NCBI RefSeq assembly: GCF_037042905.1
Contig: NC_087246.1
Span: 310,001-374,000 of the forward strand
Direction of reading: 5' to 3'
DNA length: 64,000 nucleotides
From: Lytechinus pictus
Lineage: Eukaryota
Shown here: positions 13,033 through 23,349 of the stretch, piece after piece
How positions within the stretch are numbered: the stretch's first letter is position 1
Layout of the letters: each line of letters begins with the position of its first letter
Translations under genes and position numbers: made by a program
The notes under the pieces: generated by a model
What the model saw: the letters and a program-made list of their open reading frames with translations, nothing else
Told to the model about the DNA's origin: nothing
Database searches by the model: none

Positions 13033-13838
13033 GGGGCTACTCCGGGCTGAAAATATTTATATCAAATACAATGTTATGAAAATGTGATAACAAATAGTTA
13101 AGTTATTCAATTCTAAAGTTTAGCAAAAGTTTATGAAAATGGTGATATGCATGTCGTCATGAATATTTAATAGGTGGGTTGACATGTGCGAAAATCTGTC
13201 CCCAAAGGTAGGGGGACCAGGGCCTGGAAAATTTGACAAGCAAAAAAAAGCAAAAAAAAAGTTTTTCACCCAAAATGTAAGGTCATTTAGTCCAAAAGGT
13301 ATTATTTCGATTGTGAAGTGATGTATTTTTCTCCATGAAAGACCAAAAATAGTAGGGGGACATTTGATATTGTGTCCCCCTACTATTTTTAGTAGGGGGA
13401 CACGTCCCCCTGTCCCTCCTGGGATTTCCGCCCATGCAGGTTGAAGATATCACATCCCCACTATCCTAATTCTTGTGTTATTACATGGAATCAAAATTGT
13501 TTCATTTTTTCATACCAGTGTAAATGATATGTCTCCCTTATGTATAATGAAACACTAAATCAGTTGTCAATTCAACTGTTTTTGGTTCTTGAAGGGAAAT
13601 ATTAAATAAACCTAACTTTATATAATAAAATACAAAAGAACAAGTGGGGATATGACATCATCAGTTTGCTCATTGAATATAAATGAAGACATGCTTAAAA
13701 CTGTTTCACCGGAATAATGCTAATCTTTAAAATGCAATAGTTTTGATATTCCTTGTCGGATTTTGATCATATCTTTATTCTTATGTTCGTCTGATTTCTC
13801 TTTATCTGTTCAAACCATATTAAATTCAGTGTGGAGTT
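13033..13838. mobile_element. Degenerate TTAA-type MITE family B copy nested in the hAT-like element
   Basis: Begins GGGGCTACTCCGGGCTGAAAAT; the body matches 1180-1787; interrupted at 13183-13436. Confidence 0.75.
13183..13436. mobile_element. Small hAT-like MITE nested in family B copy
   Basis: CATGTGCGAAAATC ... GATTTCCGCCCATG; flanks TGGGTTGA/CAGGTTGA (6/8); GGGGGAC/GTCCCCC subrepeats. Confidence 0.7.
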
Positions 13839-14844
13839 TCAGATCAGAATATCAAAAATTTTCTGCTCGCGCTTCGCGCTCACTTTATTAATATAAGAAT
13901 ATATCCAATTACCCATCTTTTTCTTGATTTACAAAACGTGAATAGAATGTCCCAATTATATATGTAGCTCTGAAATCTATTTTGTTTATGCTCGCGCTTT
14001 GCGCTCGCATCAATTGTATAGTTATATACCTATCCTGTTCCATGATTAGAAAAGTGCTTAAGATGTTCTGTTTTTAGGTCTGAAATCTCATTTTCATTTC
14101 CGCTCGCGTTTCGCGCTCGCATCAATCGTATAGTTAAATACCTATCCTCTTCATTATCAGAAAAGTGCTTAGAATGTCTCGTTTTTTGGTCGGAAATCTC
14201 AATTTTGATTCCGCTCGCGCTTCGCGCTCGCATCAATTGTATAGTTATATACCTATCCTCTTCATTATCAGAAAAGTGCTTAGAATGTCCAGTGTTTAGG
14301 TCGGAATGTCAATTTTTCAGCTCGCGCTTCGCACTCGCATCATTTGATTGTTGATATATGTATCGTCTTAATGGGTAACTGAAAACAGTCCTTATAACAC
14401 TTCCCTCGATCAGACCAGAGCGTATATAAAAAATATCTGCTCGCACTGATCACGTTCGCAGTTATTATTTGTTACATACGCATCTTGTTCAGGACAACAA
14501 ACATTGCTCAAAATGTTCAATTTTTCAGGACAAAATACATCAATTTTCTCCCCCCAAAAATCGCTCGCGCTTCGCGCTCGAGTTATCTAATTATATAACT
14601 TTGTTCTTTTATAAGAAGAAACCTAAGAAGTGACTGTCATATATATGTATATATATGTGTGTAGGGGGGAGTTGGGTGTGTGTGTGGTGCCCTGAGAGGT
14701 GTGTGTGTGTGTGTAATTATGGAAAATTCAATTGGGTCCCCTCCCCCCACCTTTGAGGAGAGATTTCAGCACCCCCACTGAAAAAATCGTTCCCAGGTCC
14801 CTGTCAGCAACAATAAATTATGGATTTTAATTTTTCATGTATAT

Positions 14845-15108
14845 ATGAAAAATGAAAATCCATAATTTATTGTTCGAAATAGTGAAATGAAATACTCCGA
14901 AAATTTGCTTTGCCCAATTGATCGTGGGCCCGGCAGCCGCTGTGCAGCGCCAGATCGACGAGGCTCTATCCCTGTAATCGTTGAACGCCAAACAGGGTAG
15001 CAGCAACTCCCATCTTTTAACGTCTTTTGGTCTGACGCGGCCGGGGTTTGTACCCCCGACCTCCCGGTTGTGAGACGGACGATCTACCACCTGAGCCAAT
15101 ACACCGGT
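14845..15108 (-). mobile_element. tRNA-derived SINE (distinct family; centre resembles the MetaSINE domain as I recall it)
   Basis: Head TGGCTCAGGTGGTAGA...GGGTACAAACCCCGG, then GTCAGACCAAAAGACGTTAAAAGATGGGAGTTGCTGCTACCCTGTTTGGCGTTCA; tail AATAAATTATGGATTTTC. Confidence 0.75.
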
Positions 15109-15749
15109 ATATATATATATATATATATATAAATAGTCTGCTTCGGCATATGGAATAAAATAATCACAAATTGTTTTAGAAAATGCCGTAGAAATACAAT
15201 CGTAGATTTTAAAAGGAGCATAGCTCTAAAAAATGAAAGGTAAAGTCACACTCTTCGTCATCATATCATATATTTTCCAAAGGGCAGATAACTCGGGGAA
15301 CCTTGATTTATATATATAAATATTTGTTTTAAATTATATATATATAATTTAAAACAAATTTTTGTATATATAAATCAAGGTTCCCCGAGTTTTCTGCCCT
15401 TTGGAAAAGTTGTTGATGCCGAAACTCTCTCTCTTTATAGGCCTATATATTATGTGTATATATAATATATATATATATAACAAAATAATGCTGAAGATAA
15501 TGCTTTGATTGCCAATAAATGTTTTATTGTTCACTCGAATTTTCGACGGTCCTCCGTCTTCTTCAGGATACATATATATATATATGTATATATTGTAAAG
15601 AAATGGATGAAGAGAACAATGGTAGGCGTAGCTTAAATCAAGGTTCCCCAGAGCTATCTACGCCTACCATTGTTCTCTTCATCCATTTCTTTACAATATT
15701 TAAATAAAAGAGTTGCCAAAGCTGTTGTACATGTATAACTTTACACATT

Positions 15750-15750
<1 letters not shown>

Positions 15751-15812
<62 letters not shown>
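15751..15812. repeat. (TA)n microsatellite
   Basis: Near-pure TA run. Confidence 0.9.
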
Positions 15813-15814
<2 letters not shown>

Positions 15815-17844
15815 CCATTAAAACAACCAGTTTCTTCACAGCCCCCACTTTAGCGAAAATCGATTTTAATTTGAAATGTTAAACTTTGGCATTATATACA
15901 AACGCAAAAATGTAAGATTAGTCTGACAAATGGTCAGCACTCAGCAGTGTTTTTTTTTCTCTCTCTCTCTAAAGCTTGATTATTATTCTCATGATATGCG
16001 CTCTTCTTTATAGAAAACACCTTTCATGTAAGTATGGACAGAAGTAATGCAAATAGCCCTGAGATGTGAGAATTAAAGCATGTTTATATCAACGTTATTT
16101 AAAGGAAGCATTTGAACTACGCCAAAAGCTGCTTTACGCAGACAAAATGTTTAGCAGATGGTTTTACCGGAACCGACCAGGCTAGCTGACGGGAGCTTGC
16201 GGCCACGCCCGACTCCCTGATCTCGCTTTCTTGATCTTCATGTACGAATGCTTGTCCGCTTCTTTTACTTCGAGGACGTATTTATTGGCAGTATTGTCAG
16301 CAAAAATATAGATTTCCTTCCAGCGTCATAGACTTAACGACTGGCGATGGCTTCGTGGTTTGAACGAATTTCAAGGTTATAGACTTTAATCCTATTTTGT
16401 CCTACTCATGCACTTAACAAGTTTAAGATAATATTTTAGCATATATCAAAGCACAACTTTAGACCAAAATTTGAATTAAAACTGAGTTTAGAATAAAATG
16501 TAACTCAGATTGGATTATCAATACTTCGTGCAAAATCTCGTGAATTGTGAGACTTTTTTCTCAAAGCATTTCGGGCCTAACCATATTCTCCTCAAGCAAA
16601 ATTTACTACCATAGCTATAGGAAAGAGTAAATGTTACTTTATTGGTAATTTCTTTTGAATAAAATATTTTGATAAGTGAATTCGAGGCCTGAAAGATGCA
16701 TTTTTTTTTACAAACTGTGCAAGACTTTTTGTTTTAAACTATTTTTATAATCAGAAAGCTCAAACTCTATATTTTCTTACAATGTCACTCTTCATGTGTG
16801 GCACCTTTTAGATGGGTCAGCAACCAGCTTTTCCCATCAAGATACAAGACGAGATTTTTTAAAATTCTGAGTAGCAAGAAATCAAGAGTTCTGATTGGCT
16901 AGATAAGTTTTCAGAGCAACAGCCGCGGGTTAGATCTTTAGCTAGATCTTTAGCTTTATCATAATTTGAAACCATCTGGGCTCAAACAGAAATTAATTGT
17001 AAAAAAACAACATTTGTTGCATGAAAATTGTTATTTTGCATCATGTTTTAGATGAAAATTTTCACTTATATTACAAAATCCTTTTAAAAATCCAGACACA
17101 TTATTTAAAGAATGATTTTTTCTTCTCTATAAAGATACCAAAAACATGAAATTCGGTCTATATTTAGAGCGGCAATGGCCGAATAAAAAAGGTATTTTCA
17201 TCCGCACCAACCTCATTAACAATGCAAAAACCCTCTAGTCATGAATATCACTTGGATAAAAGAATCTACTTTTTGTGGACCTGCCGACTGACTAAGAATA
17301 CCTGTGTAATTATCGGGCCCAAAAGCCAGTAATTTTAAAATTCCACCATCATTGAAATATACTTTTGCGCAATGACGTTTACTCATGAGCAGATGAGTTT
17401 CAAATTATAAGGCAATAATGTAAAATGCTAGCATACACATGATAACGCATACTTATGTTTCATACCCCAAAAAATATTAGTAATGAATTATTTTAGTTTT
17501 TGATTGCGAATTTAAAAAATCTGTCTTGTTACACTTAGTGTCACGATATATTACATTGATCTCTAGGTCTGTATTCACAAAGAAGGTTTAGTTAGCCCGA
17601 GCTAAAATTTAGATCTTTGTGCGATTCACCAACGGTGGACTATTATAGTCCATGATATGAATTGTATTCGGGGTTCTTTTAGTCCAATGATCTTAAAAAA
17701 ATTCAACCATCCACGTGAGTTGAGACGAGGACTGGTTGACTAAAATAATCCACTTTCGTGAATCAAAAAACTTAGACCATGGTCAGACTAAACCCCTTGT
17801 AACAATCTAAAGATATGCTACTGATAAGCCGACGCATGCAGTAA

Positions 17845-18006
17845 TACTCGGTCACATTTGCTCTACGGCGGCCTTACGGCGAGTTGAAAACAGCCGTTTT
17901 ATCCATCTTAATTCAAACCACCTACAAGTAGCTGGTACACAAAATGCTAAAACGGCTGTTTTCGACTCGCCGTACGGCGCACCGGAGAGCAAATGTGACT
18001 TAGGTA
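17845..18006. mobile_element. PIF/Harbinger (Tourist-like) MITE
   Basis: ~55-bp TIRs (GTCACATTTGCTCT..TACGGCGAGT.GAAAACAGCCGTTTTA) with TAA on both sides. Confidence 0.8.
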
Positions 18007-18770
18007 TAAGCGACGCCACTGTTTAGAGATATCGTATGTCGTATGGGGAAGGAGTGCCGACACACTTGAGATACCCTACGTGTGTGTACACGTGCGTACT
18101 TGCTTTACGCGTGTCTTAAAAGGAGGGGGATATGGGGTGCCTTTAAACATTAATATGAACGCAGGGGGTAATATTATGAACCCTCTAGTAGTTAGTGGTG
18201 GAAGGGTGAATCAACAACAAAGAAAATTAAATTGAGACATAATAGAGAGCATATAAAGGAGGAGGGTTGTAAGATGGTGAATAATAATAAGAATATGAAG
18301 AATATTGAGAAGATAGTGACTGAATGTGTGAGGGGAAAGTGTCGGGGTGAGAGAAAGGGAAAATTAGAAAGGGAGATGGAAAGGGGAGAAGGAATGTGAA
18401 CATGAGTGAATTAGATTCTATAAAAAAAATAGGCTCCTCGTAAAAAGTACATGGTACTTAACGAGATGAGGACGATATCAAATGGCATTTGAGAGGTATA
18501 CACATTACCATCAAGATAACACGCTTTATGCATCTTTCATGAAGACTGATTGCTTACCAATGAGAAGAACAATGCAAGATACAATTAAGTTGCAGTTACA
18601 CGCTCAATGAATTAGCATAATGGATCTCAAGTGAATATGAGTACCATAAACAAAAAATAGAAGGGAATTCATTTTATATTAGGTGACGATGCGAGATACA
18701 GTGATCACGTGAGCCGAACGTATGACTATTAACGCAGCTTCTATCGTATTAAATGGAAATCAATTATTAA

Positions 18771-19372
18771 AGGTCAAGTCCACCCCAACAAAATGTTGAT
18801 TTGAATCAATAGAGAAAAATCAGACAAGCACAATGCTGAAAATTTCATCAAAATCGGATATAAAATAAAAAAGTTATGACATTTCACAGTTTCGCTTATT
18901 TTTAACAAAATGGTTATATGAACGAGCCAGTTACATCCAAATTAGAGAGTCGATGATGTCACTCACTCACTATTTCTTTTGTTTTTTATTGTTTGAATTA
19001 TACAATATTTCAATTTTTACGAATTTGACGATTAGGACCTCCTTGCCTGAACCACAAAATGTTAAAATAATGGAATTCCACGTATTTAGGGAGGAATGAA
19101 ACTTCATTTCACATGACAATGACGAGAAAAGCAAAATATTTTTGATTCATATAATAAAATACAAAAGAAATAGTGAGTGAGTGATGTCATCAGTTCCCTC
19201 ATTTGCATACCGACCGGGATGAGCATATAACTCTTTTGCGAAATGAAGCGAAACTTTAAAATGCCATAACTTTCTTATTTTACATCCGATTTTGATGAAA
19301 TTTTCAGTGTTATGCTTGTTAAATTTTTCTCTTTTTATTCGAATCAAGTTTTTGTTGGGGTGGACTTGTCCT
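18771..19372. mobile_element. TTAA-type (Kolobok-like) MITE family A, complete
   Basis: TTAA|AGGTCAAGTCCACCCCAACAAAA ... TTTTGTTGGGGTGGACTTGTCCT|TTAA; 602 bp. Confidence 0.93.
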
Positions 19373-19499
19373 TTAAAGAAAATTAATAGCAAGGAATAAC
19401 CTTTAAAATATGGTGCATGATTTCTATAATTCATGTCTTATATTATTTGACGTGATGAATAAAATGCGAAATACGTCATATGTTTTTATATTACATAGG

Positions 19500-19913
19500 T
19501 TATGTAGATTCGAATCAGTGATAGGTCAATACGCCATTACGTGACCATAGCTGCGAGGATCGCATTTCTTATATTCTGGGTTTTGACGTCTCCTCAGTGA
19601 ATATTATACAGATCTTGCCTACCTAGAGTTTGAATATAACATTTTCTCTCGCCGACAGAGTTATATTTTTCCCAAGGGATTATATTTTCCCCGAAGCGCG
19701 CAACGCTTATGTAGATTCGAATCAGTGATAGGTCAATACGCCATTACGTGACCATAGCTGCGAGGATCGCATTTCTTATATTCTGGGTTTTGACGTCTCC
19801 TCAGTGAATATTATACAGATCTTGCCTACCTAGAGTTTGAATATAACATTTTCTCTCGCCGACGGAGTTATATTTTTCCCAAGGGATTATATTTTCCCCG
19901 AAGCGCGCAACGC
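19500..19913. repeat. 207-bp tandem duplication
   Basis: 19500-19706 and 19707-19913 differ at one position that I could find (GACAGAG vs GACGGAG). Confidence 0.93.
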
Positions 19914-20436
19914 TGAGGGAAAATATTCTCCCTAGGGAAAAATATAGCTGCAGAGGGGAGTTGAAATGTTATTTATTAAAACGATAGACCAGGCAATATC
20001 TGTTATATTACATAGTCTATGTGGGGTCGCCATCAGAGATTGCATTCATCATCTGGCTCCAACCCGAAATTCTTGCTACAGCTCTGATCCATCTACGTCA
20101 TAACAGAATTTTCTTTGAAAATACATCAAGCGCGTTCCTCATGCAATCAACACGTTATAATATAACAAATGGGATCCTCGCAGCTATGGTCACGTGATGG
20201 CGTATTGACCTATCACTGATTCGAATCTACATAACCTATGTAATATAACTGCGTTGTATTGTCAATTGCGGCGTTATATTCACTAAGGTGACGTCAATCG
20301 CTGCTTACAAGTTGCGTAATCAGGTAGTGTTAGTGTTAACGCGTCTATTGCATTAAGAACGCGCTTGATGTATTTAAAAAAAAATCTATTATGACGTAGA
20401 TGGATCAGAGCTGTAGCAAGAATTTAAGGTTGGAGC

Positions 20437-21621
20437 CAACGAACGTAGAGGGCAGCAACACACAAGCGTGTTGCTCTAAGGAAGGTCAACTCCGCTCGAA
20501 TTTTGTGACCACTTTAAAAAATAAGGTGGGGTTTTGGGAAATTTGTCGAGTTGATTTTTTTTCATTTGTTAATTTCAAATATTTTTTAATGAACAATTAT
20601 TAGATCGGTTATTCTGGGTATAAATATTAAAAATAATACTTTCATTTTTAAAGAAAATATTTAGCTTAAATAATCATGATTTTTACATTTTTCCCCATTT
20701 TGGAATATTAAGCCTGTGACGAGGATACCTCATATCTCTTATTTTCTTCTGCTGAATTTCGCTGCACCACTAATAAATGCATAGACAACCACCGTAATAA
20801 TCGAGGTCATTTTTCTGGCCTGGGTGCGCCGAGTCTGGGCCGGTCGCGCAGCTAGCTAGTGACGTTGATGATGCGCTGGGGCTTCAGGCGACTCATCATA
20901 GATCTAGCAACTTAGACAATGACGTCTAATTTGCCTGGCCTGATTTGAAGTGTAATGGCTTCAGGGCTGATGTTTATCAACGATGCTTGTTCAAGATTAG
21001 ATTTCAAATTTTAAATGTCATTTGACTTTTAAGTCTATAAATCTGAAATAAAGGCGCTATATCCCCGAAATCCGGGTCTAAATTTCAACTCTGAGTCCGA
21101 GACCATGGCATGGACGGCGAAAAAACAACCCATGCATCGGATGCATTGCATTGGCTGCGCGCTGCGCTGCAGCTGCACTGTGATGATGGGTTCAGCGAAG
21201 AGCTCAGAGAAAATAAGGTGGTTATATTCAATCCCGAAATGCTTTGCGAGTGGTCACAAAATCGTCTCGACGCAAATCACCTAATACAGCCGTCTGGTGA
21301 AATCGCTGAAAACAACAATCACCGATTTGGTAATGATTTTAGTTTCCTGAAACTTATATTTGTAAAGTTTTAAATATCAAAGTATGTTTTTATATGTATG
21401 TATATTCTTCAACATATTTTTTAAGTTATCTTTGATATTTTTGTAGTCACATTCTTTCATATTCGTTTTTTGATCGCTACTAATTTGTTGTTGTATTGGA
21501 TCGGCATTTGATTTCGTTGGCATGAACAATAAAATACGCGCGCAGCTCAGCTGCATGCGCGTATCGAGTTGACCTTCCTTATAGCAACACGCTTGTGTGT
21601 TGCTGCCCTCTACGTTCGTTG
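20437..21621. mobile_element. Non-autonomous TIR element with 8-bp TSD (P- or hAT-like)
   Basis: ~56-bp TIRs CAACGAACGTAGAGGGCAGCAACACACAAGCGTGTTGCT.TAAGGAAGGTCAACTC; TSD GTTGGAGC at 20429-20436 and 21622-21629. Confidence 0.88.
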
Positions 21622-23159
21622 GTTGGAGCCAGATGATGAAGGCAATCTCTGATGGCGAATCCACATAGACTATACAATATAACAGATATTGCCTGGTCTA
21701 TCGTTTTAATAAATAACATTTCAAATCCCCTCCGAAGCTATATTTTTCCCTCGGGAGAATATTTTCCCTCAGCGCTGCGCTCATCGGGCAAAATATCATC
21801 CCTTGGGAAAAATATAACTCCGTCGGGGAGTGGAAATGTTATAATCAAAGTCTAAGTAGGCAATATCTGTATAATATCACCACACTTTCGTTTTATTTAC
21901 TTTTTCTCTGTGCTTAATTATCTCTCTGTCGTCTCTCTTTCTCTCTCCCGTTCTCTATATCTCCCTCCCCCTCGCTTCCCATATCTCTTTCTCTATCCCT
22001 CCTTCCATCCCTTCGTCCCTCCGTCTTCCTCCTCCCTCTCACTCATCAGTTCGTTATCTTGGAGGTATACAGGTAATTATCAAATTATCTTGAGATCATG
22101 AAGCTCATGTTGAGAGGTCATGTGACCTTGTCTCTTCACACGCGTTCTCTCTCCGTCATTAGAGAGTTTTTGCAACACTAGGCAGACGCTTTCTGGAACG
22201 TTGAGGTCTATTAAAAATGCTCGTCAGATTACAATGCAAAGAGTTCACTTTCAAAAAAATGGTGAACAAGGACAGCAGATCTTTCTAAGATCTTTCTCCA
22301 CTAAAAATTGCAATTATGTCATTTGTCCATAGTCCAGGACGATTCACCGAGTACATTTATGTTCGATGGCACTAGATTTTGGAACTCCCTTGACAATAAT
22401 ATAAAAAACAGCCCTTCTCTACATTCTTTTAAAAGAAAACTGTAAACGTTTTTATTTAGATCCTACAGAGGTCTTAAAAACTAGTTTTCCTAACCTTATT
22501 ATCCCCTGTCAGACCACAACTTATTTTTATTTTCATTCATCATTTAGTTTAATCTCTCTTTCGGAAGCAATTCGTCCTGTTTCTAATTATGTTTATTTCT
22601 CCTTTCGTCTTCCCGTTTTTGTTTTATATTTATCCGTATAGCAAATAGCAACTATTGCGTCTCCCCCCCCCCGTCTCTTACTCTCTCTCTCTCTCTCTCT
22701 CTCTCCTCCTCCTCCTCCTCCTTTCTCTTTCGCTTTCTTTAGGAAGGTTCACATTATACAAGCTATGCTTTTGAGTGAATCTCCCATTTCCACAGATACC
22801 CTTTTTTACTTAAATTATATATTATAATTTGTCTACAAAATGTACCATATTTTGTATATATCTTTATATGTTATTTATCATTTATGTTATTAAATATAAT
22901 TACAATGAAAATGATTCGTATTGTAAATGTTTCTTATAAATATGTGAAAATAATTAGTATCATTCTTTAGGTTCTGTTGGAAATTAATCTGATTCTGAAA
23001 CGATTTTCGACAAAGGCTGATTTGTTATAAAACGGTACCCGTTGGCTTCGCAACAAAAGTACCATGAGCATGGCAGGCAGAGAATACCAACTAAGAACCC
23101 TTTTTTTTTCAGAATACTTTCTTGAACTGTTTACCTTAAATCAGTTTAGGAAATGAGTT

Positions 23160-23256
23160 TAGAAGACCACTTTGCTAGCGTCAGACTGACGCTAGCAAAG
23201 TGGTCTTCTATTGGAGGGGCACAGCATTGTTCACAAACAATACAGTGCCCCTCCAA
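23160..23256. repeat. Perfect 51-bp palindrome abutting a second hairpin
   Basis: TAGAAGACCACTTTGCTAGCGTCAG-A-CTGACGCTAGCAAAGTGGTCTTCTA, then TTGGAGGGGCAC...GTGCCCCTCCAA. Confidence 0.92.
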
Positions 23257-23349
23257 TGCTTTGTCTCCTCCGGGTCACGATCCACCACTTACGTCCTCAT
23301 CACCATCCTGAACTGGTTTCAAGAACCCCATTTCATAAAGTGATCTTGG

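Larger units (their letters stand above)
12275..14803. mobile_element. Non-autonomous hAT-like element (2.5 kb, with nested insertions)
   Basis: TIR CAGGGACCTGAGAA / TTCCCAGGTCCCTG; perfect 8-bp TSD TCAGCAAC (12267-12274, 14804-14811); subterminal AGCACCCCC repeats; ~117-bp internal subrepeats with GCTCGCGCTTCGCGCTCGC. Confidence 0.92.
19488..21880. mobile_element. Unclassified element built from long interleaved inverted repeats
   Basis: 19808-20138 is mirrored by 20357-20437 plus 21621-21877. 19488-19561 is mirrored by 20172-20245. Confidence 0.75.

Noticed and set aside
13860..14580. Repeat-spacer pattern of GCTCGCGCTTCGCGCTCGC resembling CRISPR
   Set aside because: The spacers are homologous to one another and lie inside a TSD-flanked transposon.
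20400..21664. Two ORFs sharing PTNVEGSNTQACC as a duplicated gene
   Set aside because: The shared peptide is just the translation of the element's TIRs on opposite strands.
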